DNA from: a virus
Reading direction: 5' to 3' (one strand)
DNA length: 64,000 nucleotides
Virus genome (UHGV): UHGV-1342921
The position numbers and the translations under genes are program-made. Position 1 is the stretch's first letter, and each line of letters opens with the position of its first letter. The notes under the pieces are model-generated. The model searched no databases and was not told where the DNA came from. It was given only the letters and a program-made list of their open reading frames with translations. Positions 28,739 to 39,537 of the stretch are shown here, piece after piece.

Positions 28739-29356
28739 TTAATCATCGAGTTCGTTCATATATAAAGCAAACTCTCCAGCGATAAGGTTGTTGACTTTGT
28801 CTAAAGCCTCTTGTGCCTTATCCTCTGCTCTGGAAACGGTGTCCTTGATGTCAGAGACATCTAGTTGGAAGTCTTCAAACAGCTTCTTCTGATAGTTGAA
28901 CTCATCAAGCATGTCGTCCTTGAGCGTGGTCAGGTCAAGGATCGCCTGTTGGAAATCAGAGTAGTCGTCCGTCACCACAAAAGACGAGCCGTCGTTTGGG
29001 TTCTGTAGCACGTGGACGGTGAAGTTGTTGCTTGGGGCGATGCTTACGTCGTCGACTATCTCTAGACGGCACAGCACGGTCCCCTCGAACAACATGTCTT
29101 TAGGCCAGTGAATCTCCCAAGTGGACGGCGTGTCGCTCACCTTTGTGAGAACGTTGTATCCCTTGACTTTCCTGTCTTGATGAATCCAGTTTAAATACAC
29201 TTTTGAGTTTGGACAGAGTTGGCATCCTGCCTTTTGTGTGAACACCACCCTTAAGGTACAGCCGTTCACATCACCAGCGCCAGCTATGACAGGAGAGCCT
29301 ATTTCTTGGTCCAAAGACTTCAACTCAATCGTGAAGGTCTTCAATTCTTGGCTCAT
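28739..29356 (-). CDS. Hypothetical protein (205 aa)
   Basis: This is a tracked ORF. Confidence 0.45.
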   Translation of the reverse strand: MSQELKTFTIELKSLDQEIGSPVIAGAGDVNGCTLRVVFTQKAGCQLCPNSKVYLNWIHQDRKVKGYNVLTKVSDTPSTWEIHWPKDMLFEGTVLCRLEIVDDVSIAPSNNFTVHVLQNPNDGSSFVVTDDYSDFQQAILDLTTLKDDMLDEFNYQKKLFEDFQLDVSDIKDTVSRAEDKAQEALDKVNNLIAGEFALYMNELDD

Positions 29357-29912
29357 TTAATCTCTTCCTCTCCGTGTCATAGAGAACAGGCTCACCGCTT
29401 GTCTTCACGAGGGGGAGCGCCCTTAATCTGTCCATCAAGCCGTCGATGAAACTGTTCCCTCCATGACTTTTATATGTGGCGTATCTATTTTCAAGACTGT
29501 CCATCGTTATCTCGTCTATCTGATGTACGACATAACAGTGGTAATGATACTTGTCTATAATGAACACCCTTGCGCTGTATAGAAACTGCTCTTGAATGTC
29601 CACTTGCGAAGACTCCATGTCAAGTATTTTTTTTTGAAGAGAGTCTTGTTTTTCCGACAAAGAATGAATCTCGTCCTGAATTGACTGAACCGACTCGCAT
29701 AAAGCGTTCACGTTGTCGGAAAGTGTGTTTATCTTCTGCTCTATCGTCTCATGCTCGTCAATAATTTGCTCGGTCTCTGAATCTTTTCGGAACTTGCCTT
29801 TTATAGCCTTATATGCCCAAGACAGAGCTTCCCCGAGAGACTTTGCGCACATCAGCACGAGGATTATTATAATAACTACATCTCCGAAATTATATTGACC
29901 AAGCAGTTGGTT
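29325..29912 (-). CDS. XhlA-like membrane protein (TM helix plus coiled coil). The start is revised to GTG 29912.
   Basis: The RBS AGGAGGG sits 5 nt before the GTG. The TM segment is VVIIIILVLMCAKSLGEALSWAY, followed by a heptad-rich coiled coil. It lies adjacent to the holin. Confidence 0.4.
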   Translation of the reverse strand, partial: NQLLGQYNFGDVVIIIILVLMCAKSLGEALSWAYKAIKGKFRKDSETEQIIDEHETIEQKINTLSDNVNALCESVQSIQDEIHSLSEKQDSLQKKILDMESSQVDIQEQFLYSARVFIIDKYHYHCYVVHQIDEITMDSLENRYATYKSHGGNSFIDGLMDRLRALPLVKTSGEPVLYDTERKRLNEPRIEDLHD

Positions 29913-30009
29913 AAAAGGCTCCACTTTTACCCTCCTGAAACTTGTCAAATTCGGCAAATCTACTTATTAGAAAAAAAGAGGGAAATAACAGTGTGTATTG
30001 CCCAGAACA

Positions 30010-30041
30010 ATAAAAAACCTCCCCGACAAGCAGGGAGGTTT
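30010..30041 (-). terminator. Rho-independent terminator (minus strand)
   Basis: An 8-bp stem AACCTCCC / GGGAGGTT lies at 30016-30023 and 30033-30040 with a 9-nt loop. An A-run at 30011-30017 gives the minus-strand U-tract. Confidence 0.65.
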
Positions 30042-30044
30042 CTT

Positions 30045-30308
30045 TTAATCCTTCTTGGGGCAAGTGTACGTCAAAGCCTGTTCGGAGTCTTTGATACCGC
30101 TTGTTGTCGGGTCAACAACGACGCCCAACATAGAGAGCACCATAAACACGGTTGTGATGACTGTGGTGGCTGTAGACTCAACTCCTGCCAAGTCTAAATC
30201 CACACCGAACAAAGAGGCCATAGACACAGCGAAAGAGCCTATGACACCTACAAGGCCGATCCAGAACGACTTGTTCTTTAGACGGACTGTCCAGTTAATG
30301 TTAGCCAT
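30045..30308 (-). CDS. Holin (87 aa, two TM segments)
   Basis: The sequence is MANINWTVRLKNKSFWIGLVGVIGSFAVSMASLFGV...VITTVFMVLSMLGVVVDP with a charged C-terminus. Confidence 0.7.
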   Translation of the reverse strand: MANINWTVRLKNKSFWIGLVGVIGSFAVSMASLFGVDLDLAGVESTATTVITTVFMVLSMLGVVVDPTTSGIKDSEQALTYTCPKKD

Positions 30309-30342
30309 GGCAAATCACCTCCTCTCCTTTTAATATTTTAAA

Positions 30343-31182
30343 TTAAGAGCGAGGGGTAAACAAGCTTGAAACTTGTCCTTCAGGTATTGCATTTATAGAA
30401 GCAGTTATTGTTGTCGTGGATCCCAAAGTGAGCGTCTTTACATCCGACGTCACATCCCCGTCTGAAAATTGAATATACATGTTTCTCGGAATAGCGTTAA
30501 CCTTTGCATCTATACTGCTGTCTATATTGCTCTTTGCCTCGGAACTTAACTTGTTGTATGATAAGGTTCCGTCTGCTACCTTATCTCCGGTGATACTGCC
30601 GTCTGTTATCTTGTTCCCACTTATATTACTAGGAAGCTTGTCTTCCGTCAAAGTCGGGATCATATCTAGAGGGAAGACTCTAATGGGAACGGTTACAGTG
30701 TCAACGTCCAGGTCTCCCGTTCCTATAATATAGCTATTGTCTGAAGAAGGAAGATTTGCATTCGCAATTCTGACGGAAAAAGCAGTAATGCCTGGCTTGT
30801 CAGAAGACCCGCCGTTTATTGGTTTTGCAAAAGTAACATTTCCTTTAAAGACTATGTCGTCTGAAGATGTTTTAACACCGCTTTCATTTTTCGTCGTCCA
30901 AAGGGTGTTGTCTTTGACACCTTGAGGTGTTATAGCTGTCATTCCTCTTTTAGCGCCAAGAACGCTGTTGGTTTTTTTATCAACTAAATCATCAGTGAGC
31001 CATACAACACCTTGGGTTTTATCTGTTGCATCAAACGGAATGTATAAAGGCCACACTTCATTTTTGCCATTTACTTTTACCTGTGTGTTGGCAAAAAAAG
31101 GAGGGAGTTTTTCATTCGGGACTCTTTCCTTTTTTGAAGACCAGTGCCTTGATGTATAATCATAATGAATCTCTGCCATATT
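30343..31182 (-). CDS. Hypothetical tail/baseplate protein. The start is revised to MAEIHYDY.
   Basis: The RBS GGAGGA sits 8 nt before the ATG at 31182. Confidence 0.5.
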   Translation of the reverse strand, partial: NMAEIHYDYTSRHWSSKKERVPNEKLPPFFANTQVKVNGKNEVWPLYIPFDATDKTQGVVWLTDDLVDKKTNSVLGAKRGMTAITPQGVKDNTLWTTKNESGVKTSSDDIVFKGNVTFAKPINGGSSDKPGITAFSVRIANANLPSSDNSYIIGTGDLDVDTVTVPIRVFPLDMIPTLTEDKLPSNISGNKITDGSITGDKVADGTLSYNKLSSEAKSNIDSSIDAKVNAIPRNMYIQFSDGDVTSDVKTLTLGSTTTITASINAIPEGQVSSLFTPRS

Positions 31183-31516
31183 ACTCATCCTCCAAAGTCG
31201 TATAAACAATATCTATAACAGTCTCGGGAGGAAGGTCGCAAAGAGCTTCTATTGTAAACGTCTCTTCTTCCACTCCGTCAAACTCAAGAACATTATGCTC
31301 ATTCAAAAGGTATTTATGCTCATCGGTTCCAGGTTTAGAAGAAGAGCCAAGCACTTGTAACCAAGGAGAACTGTGTTCTTTTTTGAGGTCTTTCACCGGC
31401 CATTGTTTCGGGACATGAAGACCGATGTGAACAAAAGTACAGTTGTTATCACCGGGAGGAGAGATTGTTGTAACAGTCCCTTCTTTTATGGGACCTACGA
31501 TTTGTGTCATTTTCAT
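31181..31516 (-). CDS. Hypothetical protein (111 aa)
   Basis: This is a tracked ORF. Confidence 0.45.
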   Translation of the reverse strand: MKMTQIVGPIKEGTVTTISPPGDNNCTFVHIGLHVPKQWPVKDLKKEHSSPWLQVLGSSSKPGTDEHKYLLNEHNVLEFDGVEEETFTIEALCDLPPETVIDIVYTTLEDE

Positions 31517-31522
31517 GACATC

Positions 31523-32902
31523 TCACTCCCACCAATTTGTCTTTTTTGGAATATAGGTTACATTTTTGGCTTTCTTGAAATACCACCCATTGGGGACGTT
31601 ATTCACACCGTCTGACACAGAGAACTTTGTTCCTCCACCATTAAAAGTGCCGACATAGTACCATCCATTAGCATCCTTGTTATAATCCCAAGCAAACACC
31701 CAGGTCTCTCCCTTTTGGTTCCGATAGGTGCATACTTTGCCATCTACCTTACCAGAAGCAATCGTGTAGTTGGTATTTAACGTGGTAACAATTTCGCTAG
31801 GATCAGAAGCATTTGAGCTGAACCCCTCATCTTTATTATTGAGGTCTCTTCCAACCAAAAGTCCGCTTTGATCTTTTATCGCTCCCAGGTCTTTCCAGTT
31901 TAATGTTTTCGTGTTAATATCAGGGAAAGCTTTTGATTGAAAGCCCTGTTTATATCCTTCAGCGCCCAAAGCGTCTCCTTTACGAGCTTTAGAGCTACTA
32001 AACAAGGCATAAAGGCGATTGCTTTTTCCTTCGCCAATGTCTGAATATAAATCAACTATCTCATTAACAGTAAAAGACTCCGTCGTAGACTCTAACTTTC
32101 CTGTATTGTTATTGATTCCAGTCGTTGTGCAGTCAACCCTAGCACCATTTGTGTTAGTTTCCGAGAATGGAGCAGTGGAAACTTTGACTGAATCGCCTTT
32201 TGCTCCACGAGGAATCTTAAATAACAATTTGTGAGCGAAAGGATGGTTCTCTCCTTCGGGCCAAGCTACTTCTTCAATAACCGGTTGAGTACCAGGATCA
32301 AGAGCTTGCGCTGTCGCTTCAAAGACGGGGTACGGAATTTTAAAACCGACAAGAGTTTCAGAAACGGCAAACTTGTTATTTCCTTTCCCATAGGGATACG
32401 CGATGTTTACCCAAGTATACTCTATATCATCAACGAAAGTGTTCGCCCCATCCCATCCTTTGACAAGGCTTCCATTTGGAATACTAAATGATTCCACGTC
32501 AATTGCCGGTTTGTTTTCGTCTGGATTTTCTGCGTAATCTTGGTAGAGTTTACCATCAAACGGCCAGGTTCTTATTTCACCGTTACCAAACTCTGTTTTG
32601 ATATAGTTTTTAACATTATCGAAAGGTTTAAAATCAAACCCAGGAACACCAGACTGTGGACCGACAACTTGTCCAACGTACTTGGCGTCACCAGTCCCGT
32701 TTCCATACTCTGTGCCACGCTGGTATATCTTACCGTTATCGAAGTCGTTCTTGTTCTCTGTGTCGATAATGCAATACTCGCCGTACCATACGTCTTTATA
32801 CTCTGGCCCTTTTTGGAATGCTTCCTGCATCTCTTTGATAGAGACGAATTGAGCTTTAATCACAAAAGGCGAGCCAGGACGGCCTCCATAAATAGAATCC
32901 AT
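31523..32902 (-). CDS. Hypothetical baseplate/tail protein (459 aa)
   Basis: This is a tracked ORF. Confidence 0.5.
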   Translation of the reverse strand: MDSIYGGRPGSPFVIKAQFVSIKEMQEAFQKGPEYKDVWYGEYCIIDTENKNDFDNGKIYQRGTEYGNGTGDAKYVGQVVGPQSGVPGFDFKPFDNVKNYIKTEFGNGEIRTWPFDGKLYQDYAENPDENKPAIDVESFSIPNGSLVKGWDGANTFVDDIEYTWVNIAYPYGKGNNKFAVSETLVGFKIPYPVFEATAQALDPGTQPVIEEVAWPEGENHPFAHKLLFKIPRGAKGDSVKVSTAPFSETNTNGARVDCTTTGINNNTGKLESTTESFTVNEIVDLYSDIGEGKSNRLYALFSSSKARKGDALGAEGYKQGFQSKAFPDINTKTLNWKDLGAIKDQSGLLVGRDLNNKDEGFSSNASDPSEIVTTLNTNYTIASGKVDGKVCTYRNQKGETWVFAWDYNKDANGWYYVGTFNGGGTKFSVSDGVNNVPNGWYFKKAKNVTYIPKKTNWWE

Positions 32903-32924
32903 ATAAAACTACCTCCTTTTGCTT

Positions 32925-34061
32925 TTAAGCTCCCGTGTTTTTGCTTGCAGGGCCAAAATAATCTATTGTGAAGTTGTTGTTCCAATCATTGTTGTTTACA
33001 ACGACTCCAAGCGTCTCAACCTCTACAGCGTCTTGCTCATAGAAACCAGAGTTGCCGACACGTATAGGTTCTCCGTTGATGCACATCAACAAACCAGGCC
33101 TGCCCCATACGCCGATCTTTGTGATGGAAGACATGACTCCTCTGTCTTTCAGAGTTGGAACAAGGTCGTTCACAATCTTGAGAGAGCAGTCGCTCTCGAC
33201 AACGCCAAGCTGTCGTCCCTTACCAGTGATAGAGAACGACACTTGCTCGTCAATTGCCTCCCTAACGATCTCGGCGCACACGCGGTCGAATGTGCCGACA
33301 AGCGGCCTGAACGTTATGTCAAAGATGCCGTAGGCGTCCTCGGAATTGGAAGCCCTCCAGCTGGTCGTCACAATAGCTTGAGAAAGTGCCATCCAGTTGT
33401 CATTCCAACCAACTCGTACTTTTCTTCTAGTAAGAGTGTCTGTTGAGTCAAAACTCTCTGTTTTGTCAGTCTTGCTTCCTTGAATTTCACCATCAGGGAC
33501 ACTTGACCTATACAGCGAATACGTTATATTACCAGAGGTGTCTTTTTTGTAATACAGCTTCTTGTCTTGGGGAGTCGTCTTATCTGTTTTCTCTTCGACT
33601 TCCCCAGTAGCGATAAGCTCTCTGCTAAACCATTGCGCCTTCGTTTCTTTTTCGGTAGAAGTAGAGTTTTTCTTGTTGACCCCATAAAGATAGACTGCCA
33701 ATATTTTTTGTTGAACATAGTTGTTCTCGTTAGAGGACCACTTCGGCAAATGAACGGTATCAAGATATTGGTAGTTGTCGTCCATGTCCTTCTCGTTTGT
33801 CGCACTCGACCGAAGCGTCAAACGAATGTCTATATCTGTCGTAAGGTCTCTTCTTACCTTCAGCGTGAAGTGATAGTCTGTATCCTTGTCAAAGAATGTA
33901 CTGCCTTTGTTGGCAGATAGTAAATTTGAGTCTTCTTTTTTTATTGCAAAACAACGCTCGTTGAAGCCATCTATTTTTATCATGTCAACTTTAAGTGGGA
34001 TACTATCCCCGACACATCCTGTGCCGCTAAACCTATACTGGTTCATGACATTTTTGCTCAT
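32925..34061 (-). CDS. Hypothetical baseplate/tail protein (378 aa)
   Basis: This is a tracked ORF. Confidence 0.5.
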   Translation of the reverse strand: MSKNVMNQYRFSGTGCVGDSIPLKVDMIKIDGFNERCFAIKKEDSNLLSANKGSTFFDKDTDYHFTLKVRRDLTTDIDIRLTLRSSATNEKDMDDNYQYLDTVHLPKWSSNENNYVQQKILAVYLYGVNKKNSTSTEKETKAQWFSRELIATGEVEEKTDKTTPQDKKLYYKKDTSGNITYSLYRSSVPDGEIQGSKTDKTESFDSTDTLTRRKVRVGWNDNWMALSQAIVTTSWRASNSEDAYGIFDITFRPLVGTFDRVCAEIVREAIDEQVSFSITGKGRQLGVVESDCSLKIVNDLVPTLKDRGVMSSITKIGVWGRPGLLMCINGEPIRVGNSGFYEQDAVEVETLGVVVNNNDWNNNFTIDYFGPASKNTGA

Positions 34062-34071
34062 TTTGTCTCCT

Positions 34072-36555
34072 TTAGAACCTCTCTACAAGCTCGGTTGCAT
34101 TTACCGTCATCGTAGAGCCAGTCCCCAAAGTATAAGTGACACTCTTAACGATGTAGTCTCCATAAGTGTTTGTCGTTTTGTCTTTGACAGACACCCTTAT
34201 GTTTGGCTCAAGATAAAAAGCGGGGATTGCTGTTATAGACAGTGTCCTCTGGTAGCCTGTATGAAGATACAGCTCATACTTTATCCTATCAAAAGCACCG
34301 TTCTTATATCCACCTGTTGCCAATGCTGAATATATCTCTTTTGGTGCGATAGACCAGCGCTCTCCCTTGCTTTCTAATTCTTGAGCAATTTTATTGCCAC
34401 TCTCTGTATTCTTTTCAGCATCTACGAACACAATGTCTGGTATGTTCGGCTGGAACAGACAGTTTATGTCGTTGTCCACAACCACGTCAGACCTACGGCC
34501 AATGGCTGGCACAGCGTACTCGCCAAGAGAAGATGTGCCTGCATCAATAAAATCCAAGAACATGTTTCCATCAGTCAACGACGCAAGAGTGACAGGGTTC
34601 TTTTTATCGTCGTCCCCGATAAACTGTTGCTTTTCCAAGTCGTATATCTGCGTCCATCCCGCCGACAATTCCTCGAAGTAATATCCTTTGTCGGTGCCGT
34701 TCGTCCTGGCGTACTCTCCTTGCAAGTAGAGCTCCGTCCTCCAGTCCTCTGCGACGTATGGCCCTTTTTCGTCGTAAACATGAACAACGTCAAGCTTCTC
34801 GTACTCTTCGCCGTTCCATTTAGCACAGCTTGGCTCATATTTGTAACATGGTTCATAGTCGTACTTATAGCTCTTACCACCCGTTAGCTCTTGGCCTTCA
34901 GCCTTTGATGGGTCTGTTTTAAATATCTTTATTGTGGCAGAACTTGCAGAGGTAAGCTTGTCAACATTTTCACCCTCGTGTGGTACTTTGATATGCTCAA
35001 ATTTATTTGGCTTATAATATTCATAGAAGTCAGACGATGGGTCGCTTATCAACTCATAACCTATCGGCCTGCTGACATAATACAAAAGCCTGTCAACGTC
35101 CTTCTCTGCGTTCTGATACTTATATTCTTCGCCCTCGATGCCTTTAGCTTGATATTTAAACGATTTATCATAATAGATAATGTCAAGAGTGCCGATATCG
35201 GGTAACGGCACTGCATCGGTTTCTTCCCCGCCAATCTTTTTGGGATTGCTGTTGTAAACCTTTGGAAAGCAGGCTTTTGTCTGGTTCGTATCGGAATCCT
35301 TGTATAGGACGACTCCTTCGCGAGGTGGATAAGTGAACGCCTTCCTCTTCTCGCTCCAGTACGTCTTGGGGGGAATCTCATCAATAGCAAGGTGGTATCT
35401 AACCGGATAGCTCACGTCTGACACGGTGGACTTCCTCAACCCCTCGACGATATAGTCGTTCTTTATGTTGTCGTAAGAAGGGTTGGAAGATATGTTTATG
35501 ATGTTCGTGCCGTCCGAGAAGGCATAAGAACTCTTGGGGGCAGTTGTGTTCATCAGATATGAGTTCTTCGTCATATCCGCAATGGCTGTTGTGGCATAAG
35601 TAGTGTTGACGTAATTCTTGATTTCCCTGAAGTGGAATATGCCGAACTCGTCATAGAAATATTCGTAGTTGCCGAGATACGACACTATCTTGTCCAGGAC
35701 GTCTGTCACCTTGCTACCTGCGTTCAAAGTCAGGTCGCTTGTGTATACAAAGTCGTCGTAGACATACCCACAATCGTCGCCTTGCTTCACCTCGATGAAG
35801 TCAGCGTTCTCGTCTGGTTTCTCGATGGTGGCAGTGTAGTAACTAAAGACGCCGTCCTTGTATGTCTTCACAAGGTACAGCACGTTCTCGGCAGTCCAAC
35901 GGACCACACGGCGAATCTTCAAGTCAACATCCTCTATCACGATGTTGCACAGATCCTCGCCGCCGAAGTGGTTAACGACGTTCTCTATAAGCTCATAGAC
36001 AGTCACTTTCTGTGAGATGAACTGTCCAGTAGAAGACTGTGTGTCTATAGAGTCAAAGATGGTAGAGGCGGGGATTATGCCTCCGACATCACCGTTGAGC
36101 ATAGACATCTTGTCTCTCAAGTTCAACGTCAAAGAGACGGAAGAGGATGCCGAGGAGGACATGGAAGCCTTGTTTATAAAGAAGACACCTTGAGGGAACC
36201 ACAGTATCGGATACTGGGTCCACTCGTCGGTGTCATTCTTTACGCCTAGTTCCACAAACACTTTCTTGTTCAAAGAGAAATCCATGTCCAACGACGTGGC
36301 ATCATATTCCCCTCCGTCAAGGTTGACGGTAAGGGTCATCGTCCTGCGAACGGAAGACGAACCGTCTTTTGTCATAGAGCCGTTCGTCACAATGCCCTGA
36401 ATCTCTTTCAATGGCTTTTCAGCCCAGTTCAGCAACGTTATGCGAATGTATTGCCGTTGGTTGAGGGCTTTGTCTATCTTGTAGAAGAAATTAGTCCTCT
36501 TCTGCGCATCAGACAATGTGCCAGAAGATTGGAGGTACTCATATACTCTCCTCAT
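34072..36555 (-). CDS. Large baseplate/tail protein (827 aa)
   Basis: This is a tracked ORF. Confidence 0.5.
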   Translation of the reverse strand: MRRVYEYLQSSGTLSDAQKRTNFFYKIDKALNQRQYIRITLLNWAEKPLKEIQGIVTNGSMTKDGSSSVRRTMTLTVNLDGGEYDATSLDMDFSLNKKVFVELGVKNDTDEWTQYPILWFPQGVFFINKASMSSSASSSVSLTLNLRDKMSMLNGDVGGIIPASTIFDSIDTQSSTGQFISQKVTVYELIENVVNHFGGEDLCNIVIEDVDLKIRRVVRWTAENVLYLVKTYKDGVFSYYTATIEKPDENADFIEVKQGDDCGYVYDDFVYTSDLTLNAGSKVTDVLDKIVSYLGNYEYFYDEFGIFHFREIKNYVNTTYATTAIADMTKNSYLMNTTAPKSSYAFSDGTNIINISSNPSYDNIKNDYIVEGLRKSTVSDVSYPVRYHLAIDEIPPKTYWSEKRKAFTYPPREGVVLYKDSDTNQTKACFPKVYNSNPKKIGGEETDAVPLPDIGTLDIIYYDKSFKYQAKGIEGEEYKYQNAEKDVDRLLYYVSRPIGYELISDPSSDFYEYYKPNKFEHIKVPHEGENVDKLTSASSATIKIFKTDPSKAEGQELTGGKSYKYDYEPCYKYEPSCAKWNGEEYEKLDVVHVYDEKGPYVAEDWRTELYLQGEYARTNGTDKGYYFEELSAGWTQIYDLEKQQFIGDDDKKNPVTLASLTDGNMFLDFIDAGTSSLGEYAVPAIGRRSDVVVDNDINCLFQPNIPDIVFVDAEKNTESGNKIAQELESKGERWSIAPKEIYSALATGGYKNGAFDRIKYELYLHTGYQRTLSITAIPAFYLEPNIRVSVKDKTTNTYGDYIVKSVTYTLGTGSTMTVNATELVERF

Positions 36556-36573
36556 ACAAAAGCTCCCTCCAAC

Positions 36574-39501
36574 CTATCCGCCAATCATAGTGCTGACTAA
36601 TATCTCTCCAACGTAATTCACGCTACCGCTAACAACTGCGTCTATTATTCCCGCTTCGTAGTTGCTTCCTTTTACCTGTTCAAAATTGTACCACTTCTTG
36701 TCAAGGGAGTAATACTTTGTCTTGCCGTTCACGGTGTAGACATATCCAGGCACAGCTTTGCTTAAATCATCAAGAATGGCGGGTTGAGAATTCTCATCTT
36801 TGTCCTTACCGCTTAATCCAAACTCTCCAAGCGTGATGTTGCTGTTTCCTTTGCGTCTGAATATCTTTATTCCCTTAAAATACAAGTCCTCACAGGGGAA
36901 GCCGTCTGTTATATTGAAAATTCCAGACTCTCCAACTGTGAAGTCTTTGTATTCAAAGTCGTCTTCAAACTCGACGGCAAAGACGGCATATGGGTCAACC
37001 TCAAGGCTGACTCCTTTCCAATACTCCATCTTATACCGCTTTGTCTGGGTGACAACGTCGTTCTCTTTCACCTGCTCTTTATAGGCATAACGGTTGTAGA
37101 TCCTATCGCCCAGACGTTCCTCTGGATAGAACCTGCCGTTCACCTGTCCAGCAACAGTCTTATAGACAGACATTATGCCGTCGCTGAAGTCTGCGTTGGA
37201 CCTATCTATCACGCGCTCATGGGTGATAACATAGTCAAGAGTGACGACGTCGCAGTCGTCTTTCCCCCGCTTGGCATCTGGAAAGGCAAGTTCGTCTATC
37301 TCTATTGACGAGGGGATTTGATAATAGCCGTCTCTGTTCACAAAGATAGTCTTGCCATTCAAAGAGATACGGTAGCCGATCAATAGAGACTCTTCGTTCT
37401 CCTTGCTATCTGGCTGGTGAACGACACCGTTATCTGTCTTCGTATATTCGTGAGGTTGTAATTCTCCGCTCTTGTCGACATAGAACACATGAGGCTTGTT
37501 GTGAAAGTATATCTTCACGTCTTTCAATTTTAAAGAGCCAGGCTTATATTGATATTTCTTTAGAATACCCTTGCCCAGGTCGGCCATCTTTTCTCGGACT
37601 ATTACCTCTGCAACGCCAGGGTCAAGCACCATGTCGCTTGAATTGTCAACATTTCCAACCCATGGGCTTGTGTTGTACAGCTGGCTTAACTTGGTGACTA
37701 CTATTGTGCCGGTCTCGCCTGACGATTCTTTGGACTTTTCATAATCGCTAATCGCCTTCTCTTCCCCAACACTATGGATGCCGAGTTCGACAAGAGTGTC
37801 AAGGTTCATCCCGCTCTCAACCTCATAAGCGGTTGCAGAGAAAGAGCAAATCCTACGACCAAGGACTTTGTTTGGGGTAAGGGAGATGTCAGTGAGCATG
37901 ACGCACACATTACCCTCGGTCATCGTCCTCATCAGCTTTGGCTCGCCGTCGTTTAGCCAGCTTACGACCTCTTCTCGGAAACCTCTCTCCCAATAGTAGT
38001 CATAATTGTCACGGATGGCTTCCTCCTTGTTATAGCTGTCCATATCCTGCATTGCGACGCCGTACAGGTCGCTCTTCTTGAAGAACCTGACATTTGGATC
38101 TGTTTGAGAAGAGATTATGCCGGATATCGAGAATTGCTTGTACCTCATCTGCGCGTTCTCAACGAACTTGGGGTACCTGCCGCCAAGCGTGTCAACCTTC
38201 GACCTGTTGACAACAGGCTTCAAAGAGGATATGGTGAAATCGTACCTCATGGAGACTTGCCGTCCAAGTCTATAGAACATCGCGTCATAGAAGTCGCACA
38301 TCACCTTGCTTGACTTATAGGCTTTTGTGCATCTACCCTCGATGGCTGTTCCTGTTGAGAAAGTCTCGGGCTCAACGAGTTGGATGGAATATCTGTAGAA
38401 GATTCCACTGCACACCGTCATGTCATCATAGGTGTAGTCCACAGCGGAGTTGACGAACCTTGTGTCGAGAGACTCCCATGTCTCATAGTTGCTCTCGGCA
38501 GAGGTGCGCTTGAGGCACAGGAATCCCCTGATGGAGATCTTGTTGGTGATGTGAACCCTTACCGCACCATCGTCTTTAAGGCTCTCAACGGCAATCGTAG
38601 GCTTAAAGCTGTCGTTCCTTGAGTAAGACGAGATGGAAAACGGCATATCGTCTTCTTTGGAACTCCATTTGTATTGGTTGACAGACACAAAATCCATAAC
38701 GATATGGAACTTGTCCCCAGCTCTTGAGGAGTACCCCTCAACGTCAAGCGCATAGTTTATAGACTTGCCGTCTTGACAATAGATGGTGGGCGTCTCTGTC
38801 ATCAGCTCGCCGGTCTTGTCGGAGTACACCTTTATCTTGTAAGACTCAAGCTGTTCGGTCGAGTCTATATAGGACATCTTGCTGTCGCTCGTGTTTCTCA
38901 CATAAAACGAGACGTTTCCTGCAATGGGAATCGTCCCTTTGTTGAAAGACGGCACAGTGTCATCTTCGATATCGCCCCACGTGTTGAGCAACACAACAGG
39001 CGTACCGATCGGGCGGATGAGGCAGACAGTAGACCACTCTGAAAAGTTCTTCAGGTTGGTTGACAGGTATTCCTCTGTCAGCGGGCCCGCTTTTGTGCCG
39101 TCGGTCGTCTGGTCGAAACGAAGCTGTACCTTGTAGTACATCCCTGTCGTGAATCCCTCGCCTTTCATCTTGGCAGAGTTCACGTCGGTGTTCGCCAAAG
39201 ACGTTATATGGAGGCTGTACTCTCCCGTCGACGTCTGTTCTATCTTATCGAACGGGATGTAATAGACTCCTGTTGACGCATCAAGGGCGTTCACATTAGA
39301 TGCCATATTCACGCAAGTAACGTGAACACCCTTGATGTTCGTTATTGAGTTGTATTGAGATATGGAAAAAAGGACTTCCGCGTCACCGTCAACGACAAAC
39401 TTGTTCTCGCCTGCGTCTTTCCAGCTGACGGGAAACGAGGGCGCGAATGTCCCAGACCCACCTATTTGAGGTGGATACATCGTGTTGATTACTGTAGCCA
39501 T
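36574..39501 (-). CDS. Large baseplate/tail protein (975 aa)
   Basis: This is a tracked ORF. Confidence 0.5.
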   Translation of the reverse strand: MATVINTMYPPQIGGSGTFAPSFPVSWKDAGENKFVVDGDAEVLFSISQYNSITNIKGVHVTCVNMASNVNALDASTGVYYIPFDKIEQTSTGEYSLHITSLANTDVNSAKMKGEGFTTGMYYKVQLRFDQTTDGTKAGPLTEEYLSTNLKNFSEWSTVCLIRPIGTPVVLLNTWGDIEDDTVPSFNKGTIPIAGNVSFYVRNTSDSKMSYIDSTEQLESYKIKVYSDKTGELMTETPTIYCQDGKSINYALDVEGYSSRAGDKFHIVMDFVSVNQYKWSSKEDDMPFSISSYSRNDSFKPTIAVESLKDDGAVRVHITNKISIRGFLCLKRTSAESNYETWESLDTRFVNSAVDYTYDDMTVCSGIFYRYSIQLVEPETFSTGTAIEGRCTKAYKSSKVMCDFYDAMFYRLGRQVSMRYDFTISSLKPVVNRSKVDTLGGRYPKFVENAQMRYKQFSISGIISSQTDPNVRFFKKSDLYGVAMQDMDSYNKEEAIRDNYDYYWERGFREEVVSWLNDGEPKLMRTMTEGNVCVMLTDISLTPNKVLGRRICSFSATAYEVESGMNLDTLVELGIHSVGEEKAISDYEKSKESSGETGTIVVTKLSQLYNTSPWVGNVDNSSDMVLDPGVAEVIVREKMADLGKGILKKYQYKPGSLKLKDVKIYFHNKPHVFYVDKSGELQPHEYTKTDNGVVHQPDSKENEESLLIGYRISLNGKTIFVNRDGYYQIPSSIEIDELAFPDAKRGKDDCDVVTLDYVITHERVIDRSNADFSDGIMSVYKTVAGQVNGRFYPEERLGDRIYNRYAYKEQVKENDVVTQTKRYKMEYWKGVSLEVDPYAVFAVEFEDDFEYKDFTVGESGIFNITDGFPCEDLYFKGIKIFRRKGNSNITLGEFGLSGKDKDENSQPAILDDLSKAVPGYVYTVNGKTKYYSLDKKWYNFEQVKGSNYEAGIIDAVVSGSVNYVGEILVSTMIGG

Positions 39502-39537
39502 CCTTTAGGCCCTCTCCTTTTTTCTCTTGTTTATTTG

